Of a stretch of DNA of 64,000 bases, positions 63,517 to 64,000 are shown in pieces; position 1 is the stretch's first letter; every line of letters begins with the position of its first letter. The DNA is taken from assembly GCF_048593235.1 (NCBI RefSeq), contig NC_133617.1, positions 15,257,607-15,321,606 of the forward strand. The letters run 5' to 3'. Origin of the DNA: Sminthopsis crassicaudata (taxonomy: Eukaryota). The notes beneath the pieces are model-generated. The model ran no database searches, was not told where the DNA came from, and worked only from the letters and a program-made list of their open reading frames with translations. The translations under genes and the position numbers were made by a program.

Positions 63517-63604
63517 GATTTTCAGCCTCATGAATTTGAAAAGGTGGGAATGTCTAATTTCTCCAATAGAGCTAATGAGCAGCAGGAAACGTAACTATAG
63601 TAAC

Positions 63605-64000
63605 TACTCATATTCTTTGACTATTTATCAATTGGGGAATGATTTGTATTCTTAGAAATTTGAGTTGGTTCTCTACATAATTTAGAAATGAGGCCTTTAT
63701 CAGAAACACAGGCTGGTAAAATTGTTTCCCATCTTTTTCCTTCCCTTCTAATCTTGGTTGCATTGACTTTGTTTATGCAAAATCTTTTAAATTTAATGTA
63801 ATCAAAATTATCCATCTTGCATTTCATAATGTTCTCTTTTAGTCACAAATTCCTTTTCCCAAAGATCTGGCAGGTAAACTATCCCTTTCTCTCTTAATTT
63901 GCTTATAGTATCACTCTTTATGATTAAATCATATTCCCATTTTGACCTTATCTTGGTGTGAGATGTTGATCAATGCTTAGTTTCTGCCATGCTGTTTTCC
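63605..64000 (-). mobile_element. L1 ORF2 fragment (runs off the window end)
   Basis: ORF 63621..63827(-), KCKMDNFDYIKFKRFCINKVNATKIRRE...WE..L...VSDKGLISK...SPIDK, is the L1 ORF2 post-RT region. Confidence 0.9.

Noticed and set aside
32419-63533. Long ORFs containing X runs (32419, 32432, 43609-44242, 58513, 63351)
   Set aside because: They are artefacts of reading through N gaps.
1-64000. CRISPR arrays, tRNA or rRNA genes, prokaryotic systems
   Set aside because: This is mammalian DNA. The tRNA-like boxes belong to SINE heads, and there is no repeat-spacer array.

Overview
This is AT-rich, CpG-depleted marsupial genomic DNA from a draft assembly with five N-gaps. WSINE1-like SINEs, MAR1-like CORE-SINEs and OC1-like hAT MITEs point to a dasyurid, probably the Tasmanian devil; this is an inference from repeat content. 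I could not identify any protein-coding or RNA gene with confidence, so the window looks intronic or intergenic. Most ORF-track entries come from microsatellites, N-runs or decayed LINEs. The window is dominated by L1, L2, CR1/L3 and MIR fragments, with one solo LTR and several microsatellites. The most unusual structure is a 217-bp, 98%-identical inverted duplication (17609-17825 and 19898-20114) bracketing a 2.07-kb segment. This pattern fits a staggered-break inversion or a template switch, and it would form a long dsRNA stem if transcribed. Also notable are an internal L1 ORF2 fragment with target-site duplications but no 3' end or poly(A) (60031-60437), two OC1-type MITEs, several CpG micro-clusters, and a region near 55 kb that looks exon-like on both strands. 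All family names come from recalled consensus features, not from a database search.
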